The translations under genes were made by a program, and so were the position numbers. From NCBI GenBank assembly GCA_905178155.1, contig CAJINV010000017.1, positions 364,722 to 428,721 on the forward strand: 64,000 bases of DNA, read 5' to 3'. The notes beneath the pieces were generated by a model that searched no databases, had not been told where the DNA came from, and saw only the letters and a program-made list of their open reading frames with translations. Positions 1 to 12,878 of the stretch are shown here, piece by piece. Numbering within the stretch: position 1 is the stretch's first letter; each line of letters opens with the position of its first letter. The DNA is from Amoebophrya sp. A120 (Eukaryota > Protista > Dinoflagellata).

Positions 1-3000
1 ATCAGACGACCGATAATGGGATCGTGGTATGGAGTGACAACAGCGAATCTCATCGGAATCTGGGCCGATTGCAGGATTACAACACGTGGCGGGCATATTC
101 GGACGAGGGCGGGGAGATGGCGGTGCATAAGAAATTGAAGTTCATCGACCCGAAAACTGGGGAGGAAAGTAACGACAACAGCGGGGGCCGAATGGATCGC
201 AGTGTCAAGGCGTCGGAAGCAAGTGGGTCGTCTGGCTCTGCGGATTCGGGTAAAAAGGAAGGCGAAGGGGAAACAAGCCCAGACTCCGAAAACCCCGAGC
301 AGCCACCGCAGCAGGAGGAAAAGGGGAGACAGCCGGAGGAGCCACTAATGGCCGATCATTTACCGGTGACGCAGCAGGTATTCAAGATTCCCGGGGCGAT
401 TCTGGACGAGATGAAAAGCGGGGAGAAAGTGGATGCGAGTGGCGAGGTGGTTCCGGAAGAGACGCCGGCGGGAACGGAGGAAGGTGGTGGGTCGGGTGAA
501 ACTACGGGTGCAGCTGCAAGTTCCGATGGCGCAGCAGTCGCTGGCGCACCAAGAGAGGAAGGTAAAGAAAAAGATTCCAGCGAGATCACCATGCCGAATG
601 GCGAGAAAGAAGCCATAGGTGGGGAAGAAGTGGCGGGAAAGGGACGTGAATCTGGAACACAAGTGGGTGACCGTGACGCTGGTGCAGCAACTGAAGACAC
701 CGACTCAAAGAAGGATCATGACGGAGAAGGAACTAAGGGCAGTCCTGGAAATGAACCCGCTGAAAAATCAGCCAACTCGGTAAGCGACAAAGAAGACGGG
801 GACCACGGGGCTGGAGGTCACGAAGGCGACTCTCAGGGCCGCAAAGAGGAGGCTACTGCGGCTGCGGACAAGGACGAGAAGAAGTCCGAAGCTAACGAGG
901 AGAAGAAGGACTCAAATTCGGATGATGAGTCCGACAAGACAAAAGTTTCGGAGGAGGAAGACGCGTCGGGAAAAAAACCAGAAGAGTTCGATGATTCTGA
1001 ATCGAAAAAGGACAGTGAAGAAAAAGAGGAGCCCGAAAAAGCGTCAGCAGAGAAGGACTCTGTTGCTGGTGATGCTAAGAAGTCTGAATCGGAATCGTCG
1101 GAAGATAAAAGTGATAAAGAGGACGGAAAAGCCGGGGACGAGCACTCAGAGTCAAGCGACGGTCCCCCGAAGAGCGAACAGGAACACGAGGAAAGCAAGG
1201 ACAGGGGCGATGCCGCAAAAGGAGGTGAAAACGACCACGGGAGGGATGAGGGATCTCCTGGCGATGACAAGGACAAAGATGAGCACGAATCCGGGGCAGC
1301 TACAGAGAATGAGCACGCGGAAGAGGAGCATGAGGAGGCGGAAGAGCATGAACACGAAGAGAAGAGCGGCAGTGGAGGTGCAGAAAACGAGGATATGGAG
1401 GTGCCATCGATATTTACTATCACGCCAGGCCTCATTCGTACCCGGACTGTATCTCTAGCAGTCTCGCGACAACCGAAACTTGCGTGGAATAAAATTAAAG
1501 CTTCCTTCTCTCTGCATATGCATTACTCGATGAGACGAGTGAGATGGAACAGCACCGCGAATGGCCATGTCTGACGTGACAGAAGTTTTTTCACAGGAGA
1601 ACGGGCGAGGACACGAATGGCAACGAGGATGGCGGGCAAGACGACAATGACCAGGACGCCGCTTCTTCCTTCGTGGAAGAGAAGCCTAAGCGTAAGCCAA
1701 GACAGAAGAACGAAGTTTCATCTATCATAGTAAAAAAGCCTGGCAGCACCAGCACCAGCATCGAGAATAGCTCGGCAAGAAACAATGAAGTCGCGTTTAT
1801 ATCAAGAACAAGCAGACCCCAGCATCAGCAACAGCATGCGACAGAGCCAGACCGAGACGAGAAGTGTGTTACTGCGAGCAGCATCAGGCATGTGGACGAG
1901 GCTCGAAAGGATGTTCAGATCCACACTGTCGCAGTGCTGGGTGGCTCACAGAAATATAAAGAAAACCTACATTTGCTGTAATTACTTTGCAACTTTTTAA
2001 CTATACGCGAAAAGGTTTCTAGCGTTTTTCTCAAAGTGTCAACGTGCATAGAAGCAGCATCACGACGCCTGGACAGTCGTTCGCAGTCAGGAGCAATGAC
2101 CCACATGGCCTCGCCGGCGTCCGCTAAGACATCAGAAGCAAACGCAAATGCATTTGCGGAGATATTACCGTATAGGAGGCAAAACGCGGCTAGCTTTAGC
2201 GCAGAGCTCACGTCGCCGGCCTCAAGCGCAACCGCTCCACTACTCGAGATGAACAAACTCCTAGAAGCCAGCGTTCGTGTTGGGCCTGTTGACGATTTAA
2301 CAGTTCAACGACTTAAGCGAAACGCCGTGGTGGCCGGCGTCGCGACAAAGAACCAATTAATGCCGATCGTGTTCCTAAACGAGAGGAATCAAGTTGCCGG
2401 TCGTTTTCACGCTCTTCTCTCACCCCGAGATTTGAACGCGAGGAAGTTGTCCACCATGAGAACCAAGTCGGGTGAAATATTAAAATATATCCAGCTGGCA
2501 CATGACTTGGAGGCGGAAGTTGAATTACAAGAATCTGTCGGGACGGCAATGGAGATAAAAGCGTGGCCAGATGAGGTTGCCAACGGAGATTTCATCGTGA
2601 AGGTAACCATTCAGAAGCACATTGAAGGACAACTCACTCCGCTTCAACTTGAAGGGCAAGTTTCCGTAGAGGAAGTCCGCAATTCTCAAAACCGGGGGTT
2701 GACGGGGGACATGGCAATTCCAGAAGATTGGTCCTGGACATCTTCAAAGGTTCAAAAAAACGGAAACGAGTGGACCTTGCAGGCCCCGCCCGAATCTGAA
2801 CCATCAGACTTTCCGGCCGCGTCAGCGCCGGGATTTGTAGAAACAATTCGATTTCTCAACGACGCAAACCAAGAACCGATTAAAAGGCCCGACTCTGGTA
2901 CAGAGAACATACCTCTGAACCTGAAGCTTGTGATTCAACGTTGGAGACCAGCAGGGGAAGGCATGCGTTTGGTACAATTTTCTTCGAATTCACCCGGTAA

Positions 3001-6000
3001 ATTTTACCAAGACGCACAGGGAAACACTTACTCCTTTCTCGTGGTGGAGGATGCGGTCGTACCGAAACCCATCGAAAACCCGCAACAATCCGCTTCCATG
3101 CCCGAAGACGATGTCGCCGAGGATCCTGCGCACGAGATGCTACATGCTGGAATCCATCCAAGCGATATGCTACGACGCGCTCAAGAACTAGAGCCAGCGG
3201 CAGCTCCGGTAGTGGTCGCGGGAAAGCAAAGGCACGACCACTCCACGAGTAGCGGTCGTGTTGCAGGCAACGTCGCCCGTGCCTTTCGCTGGGCTACGAG
3301 CGGAGGACGACGATCAGCGACTAGTTCATCTGCGTCTTTCATCGAAACCAGACTCGGCGAACACCTATCCGAAAAAGTCCGGATCTCCTCAGTCGACAAA
3401 ACGGAGAAAACGGTAATAAAGCGCACCGAGGCCACGCAGGAAATGCTGGAGCAGGTGAAGAACAAGGTAACAGCTGACATTAAGCAAAGAGTCGAAGACG
3501 ATCGGTGTACACCAGACGGCAAACCTGTCTCCATCGAAGTGCAACTCGACGTCGTCGAGGACCCGACCTCCGAGTCAAACGAAGTCTCGATCAAACTGTT
3601 AAAAAACGGCCAGGAAGTCGCCCAGTCCGAGGACATTGCGAACGAGGTCCGTGAAGAATTCGAATACGAGCTCGGGCAGTTGATGCAGGAGAAAACCGGC
3701 AAGGTGACAGAGGTGGAGCTGACGAGAAAACTGGAACACGGGGATTCCGCCACACCCGTGGTGCTCTGGACCGACGACGGGTCGGAAAATTTCAAGAAGG
3801 GCGACCCGGGGTGGATCATCGTGATTTTCTTCGAGGAGTCTTCCATCCCTTCCGCGGAGCGCGATCTCCGCCGGTTCCGCTACCGGCTCCGCGACCACGT
3901 GGGCCACTACATCATGGCGGCCACGGGGCAGCGGCCGGAGCGGGTGTACGCGAAGAAGATGGAGAGCAGCGTCCCAGCCTCGGTGGAAACGACGTCGGAT
4001 GTGAAGCAGGAAAAAAGGGAGAAGACGGAGGAAGAGAAGGACTTGACCAAGCAGTACGTATGCATTGCAGATATAACATAAACTTCTTCTGGTTCTGTAG
4101 ACGGTGAGCATGCATAAATGCAGATTTTGAAAAAATCCAAAACACAAAGCTTCTCATGCTACAACGGCGGCATCACATGGTGAATCTTGTCATGCACGGT
4201 TGTCATGATTCATTTGTACGCCCACGGTAGATTTTCTGTGCATGATGCGCGGTCGAGTCCAATGCCGTGGACCAAGACTCCAAAGACGAGAACAATGCGA
4301 GCGACAACACGGCAAAACTCGAAGCGAGGGCCTCCAACACGTTGAAAGAGCTCGAAAAAGAAAAGGAAAAAAGCGACGGGCCACCCGCCGCTGCGGAAGA
4401 AAAGTTTCGGAAATCGACAAGTAGTTCCAGCAGCTCTTGGTCCTCAGCATCATCATCGTCTTTTGTCCAGTTAGCGAACAAGAAAACGATGCACCACAAA
4501 GATGAAGTAGACGCACAGGCAGCTGGAAATAATGACCAGGGCGAGGGCAGCGGCGACGAGGAGAAAGGAAAAGACGACGGAGGTAAAGACAAAGAAACTG
4601 CAGACGATAATTCTCCTGCTCCAGCACGACCAGCAGAAGAATCCAATAGTTTGAAGGAGTTCAACGAGTTACCCAGTTTGATTCAGCCCGCCACCGCCGC
4701 AAAAGCGCTGCTCTACATCCGCTACGATGTCCGCGCAGACCCGATTACGGGAGTGAGGAACGATTACTGGAAGGACCCGGGAATCATGAAGCAAGTGGCG
4801 GACGGCTTGTTGCAGTATGGAAGGGGAAGGAGAGTAGATTTTATGTGTCAGTCTCGGTTTCGGAAAATTAACCGAGGTAAACTTTACAAATGTGCATGCT
4901 GAAGTGGTACCTGTCTTGTTTCTAAAATCCACACACGCACAGATTTATTCTCGTTTCCCTTCCATACCCAGCTGATGAAGGGGATTCGAATCGTGACCAT
5001 CGTGTATTCCGTCCAGGGCGGACCCGTCCGGAGCGACCTCCTCGCGGACACAACTGTCGACCCGGTAACTGCCGTCAAAAACGAAGAAGACGCCGCGTCT
5101 GTGGAGACAAAGCACATCTCCAAATCGGGCGAAGTCATTTCCCACGGTGGGGAAACGGACTTGACGATGCTGCTCTTCATCGGATTCGGCGCAATTCTTC
5201 TCCTCGTCGCCTTTCTGCTCTTCTACTTCCGAAGACCCAACAACGACGACGACGATGTTTTCGTCGACCTCCACGACCCAAGACTGGTCCACAGCAGCCG
5301 GGAGCACCAAAGAACCTTCTCCAACGAAGCAACTCCCCGGAGCACGCACTCCTCGCCCGGGCGGGTCAGTTTGGAACGCGGGCAGGTGGAAAAACTACCG
5401 ACGGAAAACGAAAACACCTCCTCCGCCAGTTCGAGCGTGGCCGGCGGAGGGAGTACGCCGAAGAAGGGGGTTTCAGGTTCGCCCGGAGGGAAAGACAATC
5501 GAAAAGGTCTTGCTGCGCCAGCTGCTGCGGGCGGTGGGAAGGGTTCCAGCACAGCAGGAGAGAAGGGAAGTACTGTTGTCGGACAGAAAGCGCCGGGTAG
5601 TCTTGTCGCTGGTGGGAAGGAAGGCACCGTGAACATGGGCTCGGCGGCGCTGGCGTCGATGACGATGCCGGGGAATATGACCATGCCAGGCAACGTGCAG
5701 ATGAAGGGAAAAATGCAGCCGCAACAACCGCACATGCAAGCGGTACCGCAGGCAGCTGGGAGCATAAGTAAGGGAAATATGGTGAAAGGCGGTGCTCCGC
5801 AGCAGGCGAACACAGCAGGAAAAGCAGGGCCAGGAGGAGCAGCTGCGGGACCGACTGCTAATCAACATCAACAAGCAGCACCAGGAGGTCATCTTGCTGG
5901 AAGTAAAGCGATGAAGGGAGGACCTCGACCAGGGGCGGGAGGACCACCAGCTGCCGCCCACAATCCAAACGCCAGTATGAATTCATCTGCGCAGATGATG

Positions 6001-6642
6001 ATGAAACAGCCGCCGCCGGCAGCGTCCGGTAGTGTGATCGCGCCGCATAAAGGCGGACCAGCTGGTATGCCGCCGAAGCCGACCGGTGCCGCGGGTCCAC
6101 CGCCAAAGCCGGGACAAGTAGCACCGCAGCATCAGCACCAGCCTGTGGGAGCGAAGAAGCCAGCAGGTGTGGCGCCAGCCCCCGGAGCAGGCGGAGCGCC
6201 GGCAAACAAGCCCGGTGGTAGTTCCCCACCTGGAGCGAAAGGTCCGCCGGGAAAACACCCGCCTGGAGGCGCGCCACAACCCGCAAAAGCGGGCGGACAA
6301 CAAATTTCTCCAGCGCAAGCAGGAAAAGTAGGAGCCGTACAGGCAAAGGGGGGTGCTGGTCAACAGGCGGCGCAAGAACATGTACCGCCCGGCGGTGCAG
6401 GGAAGATGCCAGACGGGGCGAAGGGAATGATGAAGCCGGGCGGTGCTGGGGACATGTTGAAAGGTGGCGGTGGAAAGCTGGTTGACATGAAAGGTGGCGG
6501 AAAGCCGGTTGAGATGAAAGGTGGTGGAAAGCCGATCGAAATGAAAGGCATGATGAACAAACCGGCAGGAGATCACACAAAGGGAATGGTGAGGCAAGTC
6601 AGTGCGGCTGGCCCACCCGGGGAGGCGAAAGGGAAAAAGTAG
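1..6642 (+). CDS. Large multi-exon single-pass membrane protein, 5'-partial: acidic low-complexity ectodomain, one TM helix, G/P/A/K/M-rich cytoplasmic tail
   Basis: Consecutive + ORFs 24-1574, 1673-1981, 2036-4081, 4267-4902 and 4975-6642 are separated by intron-like gaps at about 1400-1597, 1955-2050, 4058-4248/4257 and 4816-4971. Removing 4816-4971 gives LLQ|LMKGIR in frame. The TM segment is LLFIGFGAILLLVAFLLFYF followed by RR. The first two junctions are not precisely resolved. Confidence 0.75.
4059..4248. mobile_element. Degenerate introner-like intron
   Basis: Starts G|TATGCATTGCAG and contains TTGTCATGCA (4187). The right TIR and TSD are decayed. Frame is restored by removing 4058-4248 (GT..GC) or 4058-4257 (GT..AG). 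Confidence 0.45.
4816..4966. mobile_element. Introner (TIR element acting as non-canonical intron)
   Basis: 25-bp TIR with 20/25 match (TATGGAAGGG...CCCTTCCATA) and flanks TGCAG/CCCAG. A 156-nt excision restores frame; the GT(4815)-AG(4971) pair would frameshift. Confidence 0.85.
6455..6550 (+). repeat. Coding tandem repeat (MKGGGKPVE-like units)
   Basis: Translation reads MLKGGGGKLVD MKGGGKPVE MKGGGKPIE MKG. Confidence 0.7.
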
Positions 6643-7831
6643 TGCGCGAGGAGGAATCCGATTTTTTTTCACTGCTTCGATCTGATTTTCGATAGCATCT
6701 TTTTTTTTTTAATTTGTTACCTCCGGATTTTTAGCAGTTTACCCAGAAAAAAAGTGCAGATATTTCGTTAGTCCCATGTTTCAGTTTAACGACTAACTTT
6801 TAGCAAAAACTCCTTTAAGACTTGTTAAGATACTTTTAGCAACTTCTTACGCAAAATTAATGGAAATTGAAAGTGACGACCCTGCGGTCACTGCGATACT
6901 TTTTTATGCAGATGAAATGCGAGTCTTCCGTAGGGGCAGGAGGCTGGTTGTCCCAGGATATAATGAAGCTTTTTCTTGGTTCATGTATGATGATGCTTCT
7001 TCTACCTAGCGTACAGTTTTCAAAATGAAAATAGGCTGGCCACTGACCACACCAACCTGTACATCATGAAAATGCACTGTGCCAGCATGTGGCTTCGTTA
7101 CAAACCAAGAACTTTTTTTTACCACGCCCCCTTTTTTTCCTCTGCCAAGCAGTTTTACACACATACGCAGTTTGGCTTTAGTTGTCTACTAGAATCGCAC
7201 AGTACAGCAACAAAGGAACAATTTCGAACAACAAATCTATCAAAGTAGACGACGTTTTGATTTTTTTACAAATGAACAGGAGTCATTGTCATGCAAGGCG
7301 AATCTTCCTTGCTTCAGATCGATGATTGCACAATCAGCGACTCATCGGGAGGATGAAACGCGAAATATGGTTGGTAGTGGTTCAAGCGGCTTTTTTTTTG
7401 CGTAAAAACGTTCGGAGGTGGCGTCTGAGCGCATGTTGTCAGAGGAGTTGTTGAGAGAGGAGAAAAAGTACGGACGGCTCATGAGCTGGGAGAGCACAAC
7501 GCAATTCCGTGACTCAGTCAGCCGTGGCCCAGGTGTTTTTTTTTCATTTGTTGCGCTTCCGCTTCCGCTTCTACTTTTCGCTCATTGTTATAACAAGAGA
7601 CGCGACCACTTCTTGTTTGTAGCTTCATCGGTAGAAACAAGCCGGACATCCGAAAAGCTGCCGAAAAAAAGATGTTGTCCCGAGCAATCGGACGTGGCCT
7701 CCGCGCCAACCAGTCAGTAACGAACTTCAGCCAGAGGACAGGTTTGTAGGGTTCTTTTGCTGATTCTTTTCTTGCACGATGGGCACGACACTGATGTTTG
7801 AAGATCAAGATGTAGAGAGCACGCATACCCA

Positions 7832-8222
7832 ATGTGTAGTAGAGCTCCTTCATGTATACCGGCAATCGCTGATACATACAACTCAAATTACTTTGAAAAC
7901 TTCGAACTATCAGCCCAACGCCAGTTCGCCGACGCTGCCGCCAAGCCAAAGGCGCTAGGCCAGAGCACGGCGACGCAAACACCCATTCTGTACTACAACA
8001 GCACGCAACAAGCCACGTCGTCGATCAATCACCGCATGTTCTACGTGAACGTCGTCGGTATGATACGATGCGATCGATTGATTCATTATTCTGTATCAAA
8101 TCTTGTTTATGATGTTTTCCACTTCTATCACTGCAGCGCGCATGAGAAACTTTCACAAACCACAAAAACTAACAGCAATGATGGCGGTCGCGGATGCCTT
8201 CAATACCCTGGTGGACTTTTGA
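7832..8222 (+). CDS. Possible small two-exon gene of unknown function
   Basis: GC-richer coding-like segment with donor GTATGA at 8058 and acceptor CTAACAG at 8175, giving ...VNVVAMMAVADAFNTLVDF*. Start is uncertain. Confidence 0.3.
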
Positions 8223-9229
8223 AGGAGATGCGCAAAGGACGCACGGGGCGTTTCTTAGTTCCTCCAACCCGTCTGTGCTTCCGCGTGGAAGTGTGACAAA
8301 AACGCAATATCCTCGGGTCAAGTTCAAGAAACCTCTAAATTTGACACGATTTTTTCACATTCACAGACTACTCCGACGGCGGTTTAAGAACATAATAAAG
8401 CTGAAGTCACAGCATCAGGAGATTCAGTTTTCTCAACAAAAAGTGTTTTTGAAGTACGAGGCTCCTGCTTTATCGCAAGAAAGTTGTTCCCAATTCAAGA
8501 CGATCATGAGCTCAGGCAGAAGAAAAAATCTACCCGAAGTCGATCTTCTTCTTCCTTATGGTGGCCGTGCAAAAAATACCCAAATGGGTTCCTCGTAGTT
8601 CCGGATCGGGCAATGCTGTAGTGCATCATGAGAATGAAGTGCACAGCTGTTGCAGAAAATGAAAGAGCCCTGCTGGCCCTACCGTCGGTCACGCCAAAGC
8701 CTCAACTGATCATGATCTAGTATAGTAAATTCAAAGATACAACACTACTAGCAACTGGTGTTGCCCAGATTGATGTTTCTGTGGCTTGTAAAAACGAAGC
8801 ACACAAATAATATTGTTTTACCTTCTTTCGGTCGTGTAAGCCTTCTACGGGTTGCGTGACTTCGCACCGCAACATCTTCGGTAACGGTCCTGCTGCTGGT
8901 GATGAAATCGACATTTTCATGGTGAGATGTCGATAACTCTCCTCTCCAACTTGTTTGTCAGCAGGATTGTATTGCTCTTAATCTTATCACACCGTATGTA
9001 CCTTGAAAAGTATACACAAAATCCTCGGCAAATTTGGTAAATTCAAATTTTTACCCACCTAACAAGTACAATCAAACCTAAATTTCAACTTAAATAAGTT
9101 TTCGCCTTCTAGCTACCCGGCTATACCATCTTTCCGCTTCATAATCCCTCATCTCAACAAGTAGTCAATATTTTTCTAAAAACCACTTCTAACTTTGTGC
9201 GTAAAAACACTCAAGGCAATAAAGCTAAA

Positions 9230-12200
9230 ATGGCCCTTCTCAGCCTGTCCGTGTCTCCACCCGCGGCCGCTCTTGCTGGTGACGAGACGGGCGAGTCGGC
9301 GCTCTTGGAGGCGTATTTGCGCAAAAACCATTCTCCTCGGAGTTCGCGAATCGAATTACAGGAACCCCTCGAAGACGAGTTTGACATCCTGGAAGAGGAG
9401 CTTTTGCGCATCGAAAGGGAAGACTATGACGAGTTCGAGCGAACAATTGGTGGACCGCACGCTGGCTCTACGTCCTCTACCCGGACAATCTACACGTCGA
9501 AGAAGGATTCGACTAGACCGATTCCGGCTACAAAGGTGGTACACGACACGAACACCCACCCCCCGGCGCACAATAACAACGCGGATCAATTTCATCATGG
9601 GCAAAATTCCCGTGCCGTGGAGGCGGTTTTGACAGCGTTAGACGTGTCGCAAATCGTCGTGCAAGGAGTCAAGTCCGTTTTCAAGGTCGACGCGGAGACA
9701 AAGCAAAACAAGGAACAAAACTTGAAGTTCGAACCGGTTGGCCGGAGCGGAAACAACATTGATCACCACCTGCAATACGACCACATCCCGTTTCTCACCA
9801 TTGACCGATCTAGTACAACTGCCTCAGGTGCTGGAGCCGACACCACAACCAACATGATCCCGCACCTGAATCCGGCAAACGCGGTGAAATCGCGTTTCAA
9901 CAGCTACGAGAAACGCGTGCACAAGATGACTTTCAACGACAATTTGTCCTACGAGTGGATCGTGACAGACGAGAAGCATTCCAACGTGTTGCACGAAACC
10001 GCTTGGCTGGCTGTCGCGCCCCCGGCAGGAGATGCTAATGTTACTTCTTCTACTGCACCAGGAGCTACTGGAGGCCCGCCAACTTCTCTGTCTACTTCAT
10101 CCAGCACGGTCCTTTCCGCGAACTTCCTGCCCCAGTTTCGCCTGATGCTGGAAGACATCAAGGAAAATGAGCGGCTGCCCCTGGTTCCGGCCTTCACACA
10201 GATGATCTGCTCCGTGGCGCAGCAGACCGTGAAAACGGCCCAGAAGACCGATTCCCGGGAGGTGAAAAAAGTCCTCCGCGGGTTCGAAGGCTACAGCGGC
10301 CATGTGGCGGATGCGAAAACGCAGCAATCTGATGTGCACAAGCAGGGACAAAAACAGTTGTTGGAGAAAATCCGCGAAAAGGGGTTTTTGGGCACATTTT
10401 TTGCAGGACACCTTCAAGGGCAGGAACAAGAAGACGCGACGAATTATGGTGAAAATAAGGAGCAAGATCACAACGAGCAGAACAAAAATAATTCCACTTC
10501 CTGGTACAACGAAAAGTACCAGATTCTCGATGGGGCGCTGCAATTTCTCCGCTACGATGAGGACGAATCCCCGGTGAAGATTGTGTTGAAGGGTTTGATT
10601 TGGCACAACCTCGCGTCGATCGACTACGTTTGTCGGTACGAGAAAAAAGAACCTCTGGACGAACTCGACATAGCCAAACGGTTCTACTTTCAGAACCACT
10701 TTGAATCTCAATTAATCCGCCAGAGATACGCGGGGAACGACATTCAGCCAGAGGAGATCTCTGTTTGGGGCGATTTGGTATCGGACCAAGCCCTGAGCGA
10801 CCTGGCCTTCAAAGGCTTAGGAATGTACTACGTCCGCCGCTTCGAGAAGCAGGGAAGAACGGTTTCGCCGGCTTCTAGTACGACATCAACATCATCTCCC
10901 ACGAGTCGTACTGGTAAGAAGCACAAGAATCAAGAACTACCTATGCAGGAAGACAGCAAGGACGTGCAAAATCTGGAGAGGTTCGCAAGAAACCACTTTG
11001 AGAGTGATGCCCAAGATGAACTTTGCGAAAATTTCGTGAACCAGATGCTGCAGCAGGTGGAGTTTCTGATCGACTTTTCCGCCATGGCGGAGTGCGAAAC
11101 GCGGGAGGGATTGGAACGTTGCGGCGCGGTTGCGTATTTTGACAAGAGCCGGAAGGTCGTCGCGATTTACTACTGCGAATGGAAGCGGTTTTTCTTTCCG
11201 ACCGTTGAGTCAAAGAAATTTGGCGGCAAGGGCATCGCGGTGCCCGGCTGCTTCGTCAAAGAACAAAACTGGTTTGTGGGAGGCGGCTCTGAGGACGGTA
11301 ATGAAACTAAAACTTCCCGTGCGGGTGTGAGGAATCAGCCGGTGCCGAATCGTGGAGCCTGCTACTTGTATCCGCCGAGAACTGTAAATCAGCAAGCCGA
11401 AGCACCATCAAAGGAAGTGAATTTCTCCGAATTGTTCACGGCTGAAGGAATAACAGATCTACCTAAGGCCGCTGCAAGAACTGCTCAGGAGCACCAGCAG
11501 CGAAACAATTTTGAGCAGGAGCGCATCAAACATAGCCTCTACAATCTGCTGGACTGGGAGCGCGCGAAATTTGCGTTCCGGTCCGCCATGTTCACCTACT
11601 GCACTCTACGGTCCCACCTCTTCGAACTGCATTGGGTCATCTCCAACGGCCTGGCCGTCGCCGCCAGGAAGTTGCCGAAAGGCCACTTTCTGCGGAAGAT
11701 CCTGAAGGCCCACACATTCCGGACGGTGGCGATCAACTGGTCCAGCGTGATGATTCTACTTCCGGAAAACATGCTGGCCTTCCGGGTGTTTCCGTTTTCC
11801 AAAACGGGGTGGCAGAAGTTTTTCACCAACTGTTTAGTCGAGTGGAAATACATGACACTGGAGGAAAAGATTAAGGAGAAAAACCTGCACTTCGAAACCA
11901 CGGGTGAGCCGAACATCCGGCTCGCGCAAAACAACTTCGAACTCAAGCAGATTCTCCGCAAACACGTGAGCGACTTGCTGAAAACTGAATACGATGAAGT
12001 GGATGAGCTGTATGAAGACACGCACGTGCAAGATTTCTACAACGACTTCCGGCAGCAGCTCCGTCTGCCACGAGAAACCGATCAGCAAGCCTTCAAGCGG
12101 AACCACTTCGGGTTGCCGAAGTTCGACTTTGGGGGCACGACCAGCGGAGGTGACCGTACTATCAATGCGCGAAGCTCGGACCAGAACGACGTGAGTGTTA

Positions 12201-12878
12201 AAACGATGCAGAGGTTCTGGGACACGTTGGTGGACTTCGTCGCGGAGGGGTATGCAAGAAAAAAACTGTGTTAGTGTAAGTCTTTTGGGAAAACAGCATC
12301 ACAAGTTTGTCTGCCAGGACAGGAAAAACTTGTGATGCGCAGATAGGAAGGGAAAACACATAGGAAGCGAGCCGATCATGCATGTCGAGCATGACAAGTG
12401 TAACTGTTTTGCTTTTTCTGCATCACAGATTTACATTAACACAGTTTTTTTCTTGGACAAGGAGATCTGCATGGTGACTGGCGGCCACCTGCTGCTTGGC
12501 TCTTTGTCGGAGTACTTCTCTGACTGCAACGTGTGGAGCGGAAAGATTTACAAGGACAGTCGACTACACTCCGACGATTTACAAGTCTGCTGTGCGGCCG
12601 ATCTCGACTCCTACTTGCTGGGCTTGATGCTGCTTGTCGCCACCGGAGCGCAGCAGCCCTTGCTGCTGGACGAGCATTGGCTGGAGCAGATCTATTCCCT
12701 GGATAAAGAAGAGGAGCAGGAAAAAGAGAAATTAGCGCAGAAGAAAATAATCGTGTTGAACACGAAAAACGAGCTGCTGGCCTTGGTTCACCGCATTCAG
12801 GAACGGAATAAGGGAGAAGAGAACGTGAAGTGGAACGCATGCAATCCGGTAAAGATGGAAAGTTCCGTATCGATTTAG
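9230..12878 (+). CDS. Lipoxygenase (non-heme iron dioxygenase), two exons
   Basis: WERAK...SHLFELH...AARKLPKGHFLRKILKAHTFRTVAIN matches the LOX iron-binding helix. A third His lies in VTGGH after the intron, and the C-terminus is SSVSI* (terminal Ile ligand). Intron at about 12251-12464. Confidence 0.88.
12251..12459. mobile_element. Introner in lipoxygenase gene
   Basis: Inverted repeat 12255-12282 vs 12428-12455 (26/28) with flanks AGGGG/AGGAG. A 214- or 217-nt removal joins VAE(G)|ICMVTGGH. Confidence 0.85.

Noticed and set aside
1955-2050. Possible introners at 1955-2050 and 15972-16093 (TA...GCATA ends)
   Set aside because: No convincing TIR, and a 5-nt TSD excision does not restore frame; they are treated only as introns with unresolved boundaries.
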